Shown here piece by piece: positions 38,177-49,800 of a stretch of DNA of 64,000 nt. The DNA is from Phoronis australis (taxonomy: Eukaryota; Animalia; Phoronida), in assembly GCA_002633005.1 (NCBI GenBank), contig NMRA01000858.1, positions 54,262 to 118,261 on the forward strand, given 5' to 3'. The notes beneath the pieces were generated by a model. It did not search any database, was not told where the DNA came from, and worked only from the letters and a program-made list of their open reading frames with translations. The number at the start of each line of letters is the position of its first letter. The stretch's first letter is position 1. The position numbers and the translations under genes are program-made.

Positions 38177-41100
38177 ATGATACGACAAATTTTGTTCTTC
38201 GCGGTGGGCTTTTTCGGGGCAGGTAATCTTTTGTTTTAATGCATTTATCTTAATACATTTTGTAGATTTCTGTTGTCCGAGGCTGTGTTTACAAACCCAT
38301 TACTGTGGTGCACGTTTTATTACCACATATTAGGGAGGGGTCATCCTTCACTTCCTCACCGCTACACTGAGTAAATTTCACTTGGATCGTCTTCATGGAA
38401 AATCTGTCAACTTATGGAATATAGTGAACTGAAACGTAATCGCGCATGTGGAATCAGAAGTTGCATGTCTTTAAAAAGATACCAAATTCGGTTTTGGCCT
38501 ATTAACAAAATTGAAAAGCGAGATTGCTATCTAGTTCTCTGGAAACAAAATAATGCTTTCTGACCCTCGATAACCTTTAAAAGTTGAGAACAAAATCTGA
38601 AAAAAAAACTCCTTTCAAAGTCTCCTCAACGAACAAACGTGGCGTACGCTTCATAAGCGAGTTGGCGACAACTGTTGACCACTTGCAAAGAACAAATTAT
38701 ACGTTTTTAGTTGAATCCTGCGTTAATCATTCAAGTGAGACGCCAATGATGACGAAAGGGGACAAACAAGTAGGGTGTTGGGTTTGATGATATGGATTGC
38801 ACAAAGTAATGTATAAGACACAGTTGCTTATAGAAGGCCATCACTGCGGTATAATCAGTGGAGGATCTACCGTGAAACTTAATGAAGCCTAAATCAGCTT
38901 CAGAAGAACCCTCAGTGCTGGCCGGGTCCCCAGTTGACCGTCAGCTTAGGACACCATCATAAAGGCTGTCCCGCAACGTAGGAAGACAGAGTGCACATGC
39001 ACGCAGAGCGTTTTGAAACTGGTGCAGGAACGTTGAGCTAAGCGTGGCGACCGGGGGATTGCGGAAAGGTGTGGCGACAGGGAAAGAAGGTTTTCCTAGT
39101 CACGAGAAACCCTCGTGACTGATGAAGCTTCAGGGCCCAAGAATATGGATCTGCCACTGGATATATTCCGTACATCGGTATGCCATGCGGCTGGCAAAAC
39201 ACGGCTCATGACACCGAGAACGTCTACGAGTTCAGTTTCAGTTTGACTTGAAAGCACCATGACGACCGTTCAGAGAGGTCGTAACAAGGGTTTGCTTTTT
39301 GCCGTGCTGTGCAGAGTACAACGCCCCTTCTCAGCCGAAATAAATGACTGTTCAATCCTAGTTTACACTTGATGACCCCACCATTAAAACTATAAGTTCG
39401 AGTTAGAACTCGAAATCTCGAGTTTTTACTCCGTTGTTGTGAATTTATATCAGACACTAGTCTGCGTAAACCATAATATACTCAAGTGCAGATCAATAGA
39501 CGTTTGTTTCGTAATAAAGTAGAATGGAAAATGTCAAAATTAATTTTGAGTTTAAGTTCTAAGATTTTACCCCGGCCGAGCGCAGAGCTGCGTTCCGTAG
39601 ACGCAAGACACTCGCGAACAGTGCCAGTGCGATCATGCGCTCGTCTTGAAAGCCATGGGTAGAGATATCTCGCGAATGCTTGAGTGATCATGCGTTTTCG
39701 CGTGTCGTTTGCTTCTACGGAACACAGTCCACTCTTGGCAAGCCTCTACGAATCCATAACACAATTATAGCTGTCCCCGCACAAATCGGTCCCGTTTAAT
39801 CGGACTCACTCTTTGTTTTTATCGTTGCAACTCTCAAACAGGTAGAGTATCGCAATGTCTCAGTGACTCTCCCCACTTTAAGTCTAAATTTAGACCGCGC
39901 TTTGTCCTAAAATGAGGCTAAAATGAATACGCACCGCTTCAAGTACAAATTCTGACGGCGACTGGGTCGAGTCTTGCATTAGTATCTCATCCTGACCTAC
40001 CAGATGCATCTCGGAGGATTAATCAATCGGGTTAACGAGCTAGTCGGCTGCTCTTGAACAACTTTAATATGAGATAAATGTTGACGTGACTACTTGGGTG
40101 CGCGTCGGCGAGTAATTAGGAACTATTTGTTGTTAACGGAACTGGGGCAATTATTGTAGAATAGACGATAATTAAAGCGCGGAGAATTGATTACGCAATT
40201 AGGCATTTCGTGACAAGAAACCACTAGACCATGGATTCTTTTCATAAAGCCGGTCACAACAACGAGGATCGTGGGAGCATTATTGCAATTGCAATCGTTT
40301 GCGTTTTTTAGAAGAACGAAAACTTTGCAACTGACGTAAAGTTAGTAAATGTGTCCTCTTCAGCCTTAACGACCGCCATCACGAACCGCCGATAAAACGC
40401 ACTTCGAGATGTAGGATGTTCATAATGGATACGTGGAGTTGTTTATAGTTTAAATTAAATTCTAACATTCAGTTCACCGTATCGAGAGAGGCCGTTCTAT
40501 TCCGATGTAATTAAATATTGATTTTTCATTGACGGGACCTGGAGCAACAACTAACAAGACGTTACCAACAAGGACAACAAAATCACCACAGACTCAGGAA
40601 AATGCTTTTTAGTTAGACTGTATTGGGGTTTGCCAACTCTAAAATTGCTAATTCGAAAATGGCGCACTTGCCCATTGCACGTGACTTCATTTGGTAACAG
40701 AGAATCCTATCACGGTAAGGAATGTTATGGGACCAATTTTATGAAAGTAAAAAGGCTAATTTGTTTTTAGATAGGTAAACTGGGCGAAATGCTGCATTGA
40801 TATAAGGATTTCTTTTCTGACCGCACAAGACACAATGTTGAGGGGGGGGGGGTTGCTGGGGCACCACCGCGGAAACCGAGGCATAACGACATGATATGAT
40901 CGTTGTCTTGCAGCAGTCACTTCTGCATACCACCCGCTGACAACTCACATACTGGACAACTCACGTGGGTTGCCAGGCGACAATGTGACGGTACAATTGT
41001 TCCAATATAACTCGACAGAAGACTCGTGGACCATGCTAGCTTCAAAGTAAGTAATAAAACACGATATCCTTCCATATTGGTAAATTTAAATGTTTATAGC

Positions 41101-43403
41101 TCTTTCTTATTACTAGCTATTTCTTGAATACCACAATGACGTATGCAAGGAGTAGGATCATTCTATACGCTGTTCTTTTAAACAGTGGAGCGGTAGAAAA
41201 TATCATTTTGGTTTAGACCTCAACGATTCATCATATCATGTCACCAACGTTCTTGTAGTTTAACCGACTCGAATGGCCGCCAAGGATTCCTGACGGAAAG
41301 TACCTTCCACCAAGGAACTTATAAACTTGTATTCATGGTGGAAGACTATTTCAAGCGCCTCAATCAGAAAACTTTCTATCCATACATTGAAGTAAGTACC
41401 ACATCTATCCATTGTTCTATGATATGACAACAAGACTACTTTCACATAATTTAATCATATTAAAGTGTTACAAAACACCAATTTTCGAGACTTGGGATCG
41501 GCATTTAGACTAAACTGAAATTCTGAAAGATGCTGCTGCAAGAATCTATTTAGCAGCTGGCTTGTTATTGCCTATCTCGTGTGATGTTCAAGCGTGAACG
41601 CGCTCTTTATTTTTTTATCCGGTAAAAATATTCTGTTGTTTGCTCGCCACAGTTTCGGGATGTCATTAAAAACGCAATTGTGAGGCGAATGGCTTGTCAT
41701 ACAGTAGGCACGCAGTTTAACTAAATTTAACATAAATTGCATGTATAGGAATTGTCTGCTAATTCCACATGGAGCATTCACTGATTTTTTTCATAACTAT
41801 AAATTTCGCCAATCATACTAAAGGTATTCTATACATATTGGAATGCCGTTGTAAAACAGAGATCCCGGAATCGAAAACAGACTCCCGCACCTTCAAAACA
41901 GCTAAGCAGCCCGAAAAACACGAGCCCCGACCATCAAAACACGAACCCCGGCTTTTAAAACACGAACCCCAGCGTTTAAAACAGGAGCCCCGGGAATCGA
42001 ACAAGCAACCTGACAATTTTTCAGTAGCCTCAAAATTTTAGTAAAAGCATCTTCAAGTACTTTCCAATGATTTTTTTGCATTTGTTTGTTAAAAGTTGTC
42101 AGTAATAAAACATAACTTATATTATATTGATTTTCTGAGACATCTAAAATGTTTTGTACATGCTAGAACATAGTTTTTGCTGAGCTCATTTGCCACTGCC
42201 TTGCTGTCTTTACTATTGACGAGTTCGTATTTCCCATGAAGAATTTTAACACGTGATATTCGAGGGNCTTAAACGATGTCAGTAGCCTCAAAATTTTAGT
42301 AAAAGCATCTTCAAGTACTTTCCAATGATTTTTTTGCATTTGTTTGTTAAAAGTTGTCAGTAATAAAACATAACTTATATTATATTGATTTTCTGAGACA
42401 TCTAAAATGTTTTGTACATGCTAGAACATAGTTTTTGCTGAGCTCATTTGCCACTGCCTTGCTGTCTTTACTATTGACGAGTTCGTATTTCCCATGAAGA
42501 ATTTTAACACGTGATATTCGAGGGAGGTATCAACAATTGGTCGGTCTACGAAACCCCTTGCCCGGAGTTCAAAACCAGTCGGCTGGAGTTCAAAACCAAA
42601 TGGGCGGCGCCAGATAAACTAGACAAAGAGTTGTAAGTTTAACAAGTTTAATTCACAGCCGACAACACAACGAGGTCGAACCGGAAAAGCTCTCCCCAAA
42701 CACAGTCGTACGAATAACAATGCAATGGCGCGGTGATCAAACGTACGCGTTGTCCGGACTTCAAAACGTAATGGCCTCACCCTTAAAAACTAACGGGCAT
42801 GTAGTTTTTAAGTCCGACCGATTGTCGATTTCCCTCTTTGATTCTATGCCACCGCAGGCCATACAGGTATCGCCGCGTTATCTCAAAACAGTAGTGACCC
42901 AAAAGGTGGGGGGAGGGGGTGGGCCACACACCATACCTGCAATTTATTCGCTCCCAGAGAGCGGGCATCTTGCATGCGATTCCAAGCTTCATGGACGCCA
43001 CGAAGTGTACTATATTCGCACTGCCGAACAAACGCCGTGTTTGATCAATGCGTACTTCATTGTGAAGGTATTCGCAGGATTTTTGACAGACGCGTGAATG
43101 GACACGCCTACACGAAATTGTATGCAAATTTCAAGTTCGGAGCAGTCCCTTAAAATAAATTTTAATAATAATGATGATGATGACGATGATAGTAATGATA
43201 ATAATTAGCAATTACTTTATTTGGGTCACTGATCCCTCAGCTAGTAAGTGGTAGATTTACAATTACCGTTACAATTATATGTGGAGTTTTCACATTTTCT
43301 TCTTTCATTTCAGAATGCATTCATTATCAAAGATTCCAGTCAACACTATCACGTCCCCATTCTTCTCAGTCCCTATGGAATGACCACCTACAGAGGGAGT
43401 TAG
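38177..43403 (+). CDS. URAH: 5-hydroxyisourate hydrolase / transthyretin-like protein, paralog B, with predicted cleavable signal peptide (133 aa, 4 coding exons)
   Basis: Exons 38177-38222, 40914-41046, 41259-41391, 43314-43403 (phases 1,2,0; same intron positions as paralog A). Protein [133 protein letters not shown]. The last three exons are secure; the signal exon is inferred from phase and composition. Confidence 0.88.
38530..38790 (+). repeat. Dispersed ~250-bp repeat; related copy at ~45208-45460
   Basis: Shared agttctctg(g)aaacaaaa..atg...accctcga.aacc.t.aaa...aaaactccttt.aaagtct...cgtacgctt and ...ccaatgatg. Confidence 0.65.
38856..39159. mobile_element. hAT-like MITE in intron 1 of paralog B
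   Basis: TIRs cagtggaggatcta / tggatctgccactg; degenerate 8-bp TSD ggtataat / gatatatt. Confidence 0.6.
42022..42524. repeat. Exact ~245-bp direct duplication spanning a single n (probable assembly artefact)
   Basis: cagtagcctcaaaattttag...gtgatattcgaggg at ~42022-42267 and 42280-42524, with n at 42268. Confidence 0.85.
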
Positions 43404-43860
43404 TGTCAACCTTGGAAATGACCAAGCGTCTGCTAGGTGGCGTCAGTAAAACGTTAATTAATAATATTTTTTTAGAAAAAGTATAGACCCATACGACCCC
43501 AATGTGAAGTTGGGTACATATCGGAATTAAGCGAGCAGGCATAAATGCGAAACATATGAGTAAAACCATGAAGCAACTTTGTAGCTTGTGAGAGAAGCTT
43601 AGGTTTTTGGTAGCGAAAGGATAGATATTGATATGTATGCAGGTTTAACAAAAAAATCTAAATAAATTATAAATGAAAAGACAGGAAATGAACAAAAGGC
43701 TCACAGAAAACTCCAATAAACAAGGAGCATCCGCCGGTACTAGTAAGGCTTGTGAAGTATATAAGGTAATGTTAATTAAAATGGTACAATATCCGAAATA
43801 AATTGTTAGTATTCTAAATACAGTTTCTCTCTCGAAATCATCTCATACATAAAACTGGTA

Positions 43861-46800
43861 TTAACCGACTTCGTTGTCTCCATGGCATGTTTCTGATTTT
43901 TCACAAGGTGGCGCTTCATCGGCTTCGCATCTTGTCAGAGTTACTGCTGCAACATAAAACAACACAAGAACCAGCGCATTACTATTTACGCATTCTCTTT
44001 CGATGTCAGGATATTAAAAAAAGCTTTCGCATTTGAGAGGGTCTCACGACAAAAAGGGAAAGACCAACTAGTCTGTTATTTTCGAGTGAATTTAAGTTTA
44101 TGCACAAAAGTAAAATCGTTTATTGTAACTTTGAACTAATCATTATGTTATCAAAAGCGCGTACCGTCTCCGTCTGGCGTTGGATCCGGGAGTGATGAAT
44201 ACGGTGGTGGTGGAGCCTGGATTGTTGACGTATCTGTCGTGATCTCAACAACACCGTCACTCGCGTTATTCTACAAAACACATGGATATATGTCAGGGGA
44301 CCTACAGTGAATTGGTTCGTGCAAATCCTTCGTTATTGCTCCAAATTATCTTTTCCTGCATCATTGCGTTATATGGCGTTCCGTACATCTATGACTTCTG
44401 AGGAAAAATATCACGCAGTACCGTGTGTTTGAGCTTGACTTGCTCAATACAAAGTGGTAGATCTTCGTGTGATTTCAATTCAACATTAAAGCCTCCATTA
44501 ACAGTCTTCCGTTAAAGAAAAAAAACTTTTGACTACGATCAGTTGAAGCGGCAGCGTTTTGTGTCCAAACAAAGTTTTGATTCAGGCCACTTTCCGTATG
44601 AAATTGATCTCAAATTGTTCCTTAGTGAAAATAGGGGTGATTTGGGGCGTGGAATTTTTATGAGCTTGGTAGGCTGAAGAAATCACTAAGTCCCACTTGT
44701 TTCCGAGCTCAGCGATCACTTTTAAAACTAGTAAGAAACAAGACAAGACAAATTTTATGACAGCAAGTAGGCCTAAATCAAAAGTTGTTTTTTGACAAAA
44801 AGCTGGGTTTAACGCCATTTTAACAATGATCGCAACATGCTCCTTACTCAGACAAAAAGTGATTTCTGGTCTTAGACAGGAGTACGTCACTACAAGAGAC
44901 CAGGGTCGGCGCATGAGTCACCGTAACGAGCCAAATTAGCCGAGACTGGTCCAAAGCAATGACCAGCCGTCAGTTCTTTCCAAGCCTAGAAATCCCCCAA
45001 ATATTACCAGAAAAACACGAGACCAGTGTCACAGTTGTAAGTGGTCAAAGTTTACGTAATAAAATGGCAAAAGACACAAAAACGCCCAATTTAAAACTTG
45101 CAGACAATCAAGGCAATTTATAAGTGAAGCTTGGTAAGCGAAACCCTTAAAAGGATACCAAACCCAGTTTTGACCTATTAACACATACTAAAAACGACTT
45201 TCCTATCCAGTTCTCTGAAACAAAACAATGTTCTGTAACCCTCGACAACCCTCAAAACGTTAGAGGAAAATTTGAAAACTCCTTTAAAAGTCTACTAAAC
45301 GGGCAAGCATGACGTACGCTTGAGCGCATTACGTGGCAACTGTGGGAAAAGACCGCCCACCGAATTTTTAGCTGATTCCTGCTTTTATCTTACAAGATTG
45401 ACTCCAATGATGGCTTAGCAAGTGGCAGAACAAGGAAATCATCAAAACAGGGTTTAGTATACTTTAAACTTCAAAAAGGCATTATTTAAGACATACTAGA
45501 CCAACAAATTGTGCTAATGTGAATGACGTTTGTGGTCTAAGTGTAACGCTACTCACTTCACCAGACGTACTTGTCAACACGTTGTAAAAGGCTACTTCGG
45601 TGTATGGCGGAGGGCCATCGTCTGTCGGTGGAGTGTCCGTAACTGGGGCTGCTGTAGATATCTCTTGTTGAATACTGCGACTGCGAGTTCCTAAATGGTG
45701 ACTATTCATAATCAAGCATTCCTAGTGCTCACTACCAAACGGGTTAGTGATCGGCAATATAAGCAGCCAAAACAAAAGAGTAGTACCGGGAATTGAAAAT
45801 ATTTTCCTTTCCGGAATTCTAAAAGTATACCGGAGGGTGGGAGGAGCACATCATGAAAAATAAAGCAAAACATCAGGTTTTCTAATGGACATCTAAATAT
45901 CTCGATCGACAACTGAGAACTGTATAAGTGACCAGAAGAATGACTACGGTGAATAACGCATTTAACGATACTTTTCATTTTTGGAAACGCTACAAATCCT
46001 TATAGAGTCTTAGAATTTATAAGTACCGCGTGGCTCAGCCTAAAGGTACGTGGGCCCAATTGCGCCTTGAGGGAGTTTTTACGGAAAAAATCCGGGTACT
46101 CGCACAAATGAGACATTTCTTGCAGATATTGAGTGGCAATGAGTTCGACGTTCAAAAACATGCAAACAAATAACCTGAAAGACATTGGTACGGTGAGCCC
46201 GGGCACCACTGGGTAACATTCATCGAGGCTCATTTTCATTAAAAGTCACGAGAATAGGAGATATACCCTTACATACTTGTTTGCGGTCTGTTGCGGAAGT
46301 GTTCCAAGTCTTGTCGCGTAATACGAGACGGATTCAATCGAAGGCTTTTCGATTTGTAAGTTCTCCAAATGTTGATAATCGAGCTGAGACAACACATGCC
46401 TATGAAAGCACCACCTACTGCGGGACCTAGCCAACGCCAGGGATTGCTGGACGACTCTAAAGAGAATATTTGATGGGTTGTCACGGTAAATAAGTTTCCC
46501 AGGTAACGAAGTTTCGCTAGTGACTAAGTTTCCCTGGCAAATAAGTTTTCCTGGTGAACACGTTTCCATGGTAAACGAGTTTCCCAGTAAGTACAAATTC
46601 CCTGAAAAGTGAGAGCTAGGTCAAAGATGGGTATTCGTAAGTTAGTAACTTATATTTTATTTATTATTAATTTGATGCAAAACCAAACCACTGCAGTAAA
46701 TGATACTTGCAAATACTGACTTACTCAAATGAAATTTTTTTTACATATCCTAGAATGCAGAGAAAAGTTACGCAAGCGCAAGAGTGGCCAGGAAACTCGT

Positions 46801-49800
46801 TTACTAGGGAAACTTATATTCAATTACAGCTACATTTCGTGAAAAGGCGAGAGTATATGAAATACTTGTGTTATTATCCGCGTGTTGACATGGTATAAGT
46901 AAAAATCATTAATATCATAAAGGCCATATATTGGTCACACCATGCCACCTACAGTTCTGAAAAGATTTCTGCCTCGACCGGGACTCGAACTCGGCGGGGT
47001 CTTTCTGCCTGACCGTTGGTCTCGATAGCTCAGTCTACTGGAGCTTCTGCACGGTTAGCAGAAGGCCTGGGGTTCGAGTCCCGGTCGAGGCATAAATCAT
47101 TTCAGACTTAGCTTAAGGTCACGTGATGTGACCAAGGTATGGGGTGTATGAGACTAATAATTCGTAATGCATGCACGCACCAAGCCTTGAATATGGCGGG
47201 CTCGAATTTCTGGCGATGTGGACGTTTTGCTAACAAAAAAGCGGGAGGGCTAAAAATGGGGTACCACCTTCACTGTGCGTCTTTGCCTTTTCAGTGGACT
47301 TTTGTCTCGTTTTCTCGGACTTTTTGTTTCTCTGAGGCGTACCTTTTTGCCTACCTCGCCAAATGGGGGGGTGGAGGCTCATTTGAGCCCCCCAGCCCCC
47401 ACTGGGTGCGCGCATGTATTGGAAAGGCGAGAGGCTTCAACAATTTATCTTACAGTATTCATGTGGTCAATGCAATCGCGATCAATTAGGGCGTCACTCT
47501 TAGTGTACATAGATTGAATCCTTTCTGGGACTGTTTCCAGTAACCGTGCACAGAACTCTGGAGAGGGGCTACACATCCATTTCTAATGAAAAAGGATGCA
47601 AAGGAACTCTTATTCGATTTTAGTTCAATAAACCAGCATTTTGTAGGATTTGAACCCCTACAAAGGGATTGTGTTGGGACTGAAACCGTTTGCAAGAGAT
47701 TGACTTTTTCATGGAAGCTCTTTACGAATTATTCTCTTTTAGTCTTGCTTAATATCCGAGAGGATGGGGTTTCTGCTCACCCTCTCTCTAAAGGGTGAGT
47801 ATTCTAATGTCGCAGCGGCACCTACCGTCAAAAATAGTCGAGTGCCCTCCAGTTTTAATAACGGAATGTTCTAAATCAAGTTGGATGTAATTTGTCAGAA
47901 GGGTTAAAGGTCACAACGCTAATGATCAATAATTAGACGCTTAACTTATATTAGAGAGTCAAAATGTGCTGTTGACGTGTACGTCATATGTATGTATACC
48001 GTCGCACTTGGCCTCATCGTCACCACATGGACAGTCAGTTATTCCGTCACAGTGTTGTGACAAGTTGATCTTCTTAAAATGTTTCAAGACTGTCTCAAAA
48101 TTACATCGTCTCAGGCAGCCTAAAAATAAATTAATTCATATTTGATTAGATAACATGAGCAATATACGGGCTGTCTGTGATTTAGTTGGACAACAAAGAA
48201 AACGCGCCGCGGGGATTCTAGGCGGTCCCTCGAATGTACATGTATAACTGCTGAAATCAGAAAGAGCGGGAGAGAGCGGGAGAGAGAAAGGGAGAGCGGG
48301 GGCCACGGGGAACTGGACTAGAGAGGAGAGCCCGAGGGAAAGTTGGAGGTGGAATGGAAGGAGGAAGAACAAGGAGAGGGACAGACAGAGAAAAATGACG
48401 ACGACGACGACGATGATAAGAATATTAATAAAAATAATAATAATAATAATAATAATGCAAATCGTGACTCCCCGCGCCTTGTAACGTTTGATAAAATTTC
48501 TACGCACTAAAATACAATGGTTCATGCAGCATACACCCGCGATATCGGCGGAGCTGGTAAACGGGTGCAACACATACCACAGTAGGCATATGAAACTGGT
48601 TATGCAATGAGTGCGTCTACGAAGACGACTATGTGTACCCCTAGATTTTCAAAAATGCGTCCACATAGTTGACCCACGGTTGACAAACCACCGTTGACCC
48701 AAAAGAATTGTAACTGGGTAAGAAGTGGTGGAAACTTAAGGTAACCCTGGCAAAGGAATTCGTTGAAAAAGTTAACATTTCCATTAGATGCTTTTAAATT
48801 AGCTCGAGCATATTTTTGATAAGCAAATATTAACATATCAGGGATAAGTAGGTTTTAGCTGTATATTTTTGGTTTTAAAGTTAAACAAGGTGATCACTCA
48901 CGGTAACATCGTATTTCGTCTTCACCGTTGAGACAGTCTTTGAACCCGTTGCACACGTTAGCTTTAGGTATACAGGGGGTTATTTCTCGGTCGGATGGAC
49001 ATCTGAACGCTGTCGGCGCACAAGCTGAAAAAGTTCAGGACGTCACCGACATCGCTCTAACCATCTACACATTCAAAATAAAATCCAAATATAGCCGTCA
49101 ATGCTCCTAATTAAGAATTTTCTTGAAAATTGTTTAAAAACAAACAATAAGAAATATACGTACACTCATTCAATAAGTAAAACCATGAGTTCCCAATAAG
49201 AAGCGGTAGTCGTAAACATGTGAAGCGTATAACTTACTCTTACAGCCGTTCTCATCATCTCCCAGCCTACAGTCTTTCACTCCGTTACAACGCTGAGCGA
49301 CGTCAATGCAACTTTCTCCAACTTGGCAACGGTAACCAAGCCTGTCACATCCTATAAGAATTAGGTACACAGCAATTTTGTCTCTTCTTTGAACTTACTG
49401 AAACGACTTTATAAACTCGCGTTCCGTCGATGAAACGATTTTTTGATTTGGACCTCTTGTATGGCAATAAACTGGCCTGAACTTGATCCTTAGGCCTACA
49501 CCAATAAGAAGCAGTGGATTTGAAAACTGTTCGTAATTGCGAGAGACAAGGCTGAGCGCGTTTAAAAATGACCCACTGTCACAACTCAAGTTATCGAGCC
49601 ATTCAAGCAATAACGAACAGATCTTCTTTCCAGATACGGAACTGAAAGTGGTCGCAATTAAAAGTTAGTTTTTACGGAAAGCGAGTTTACGGCAGCTCTA
49701 AATTTCAAGGATAACCACCACTCCTACTGTCCTTTCCTTTCCTTGAACTAAAAGTTAGTCAACAGGGACAAATCTTACACCTGCTTGAGTTCAAGGCGCG

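Noticed and set aside
33179-43403. A single HIUase gene split across both strands (trans-splicing or inversion)
   Set aside because: The minus-strand exon at 33.2 kb and the plus-strand exons at 41-43 kb first looked like one gene, but each strand has its own full exon set, so these are two paralogs.
47019-47092. Functional tRNA gene
   Set aside because: The D-loop lacks the conserved GG, the anticodon loop lacks U33, and it continues into a repeat tail with an inverted copy, so it is a SINE head.
48136-48573. Hydrophobic 145-aa ORF as a membrane protein
   Set aside because: It derives from (AAT)n/(GAC)n microsatellites and a purine-rich tract in an intron.
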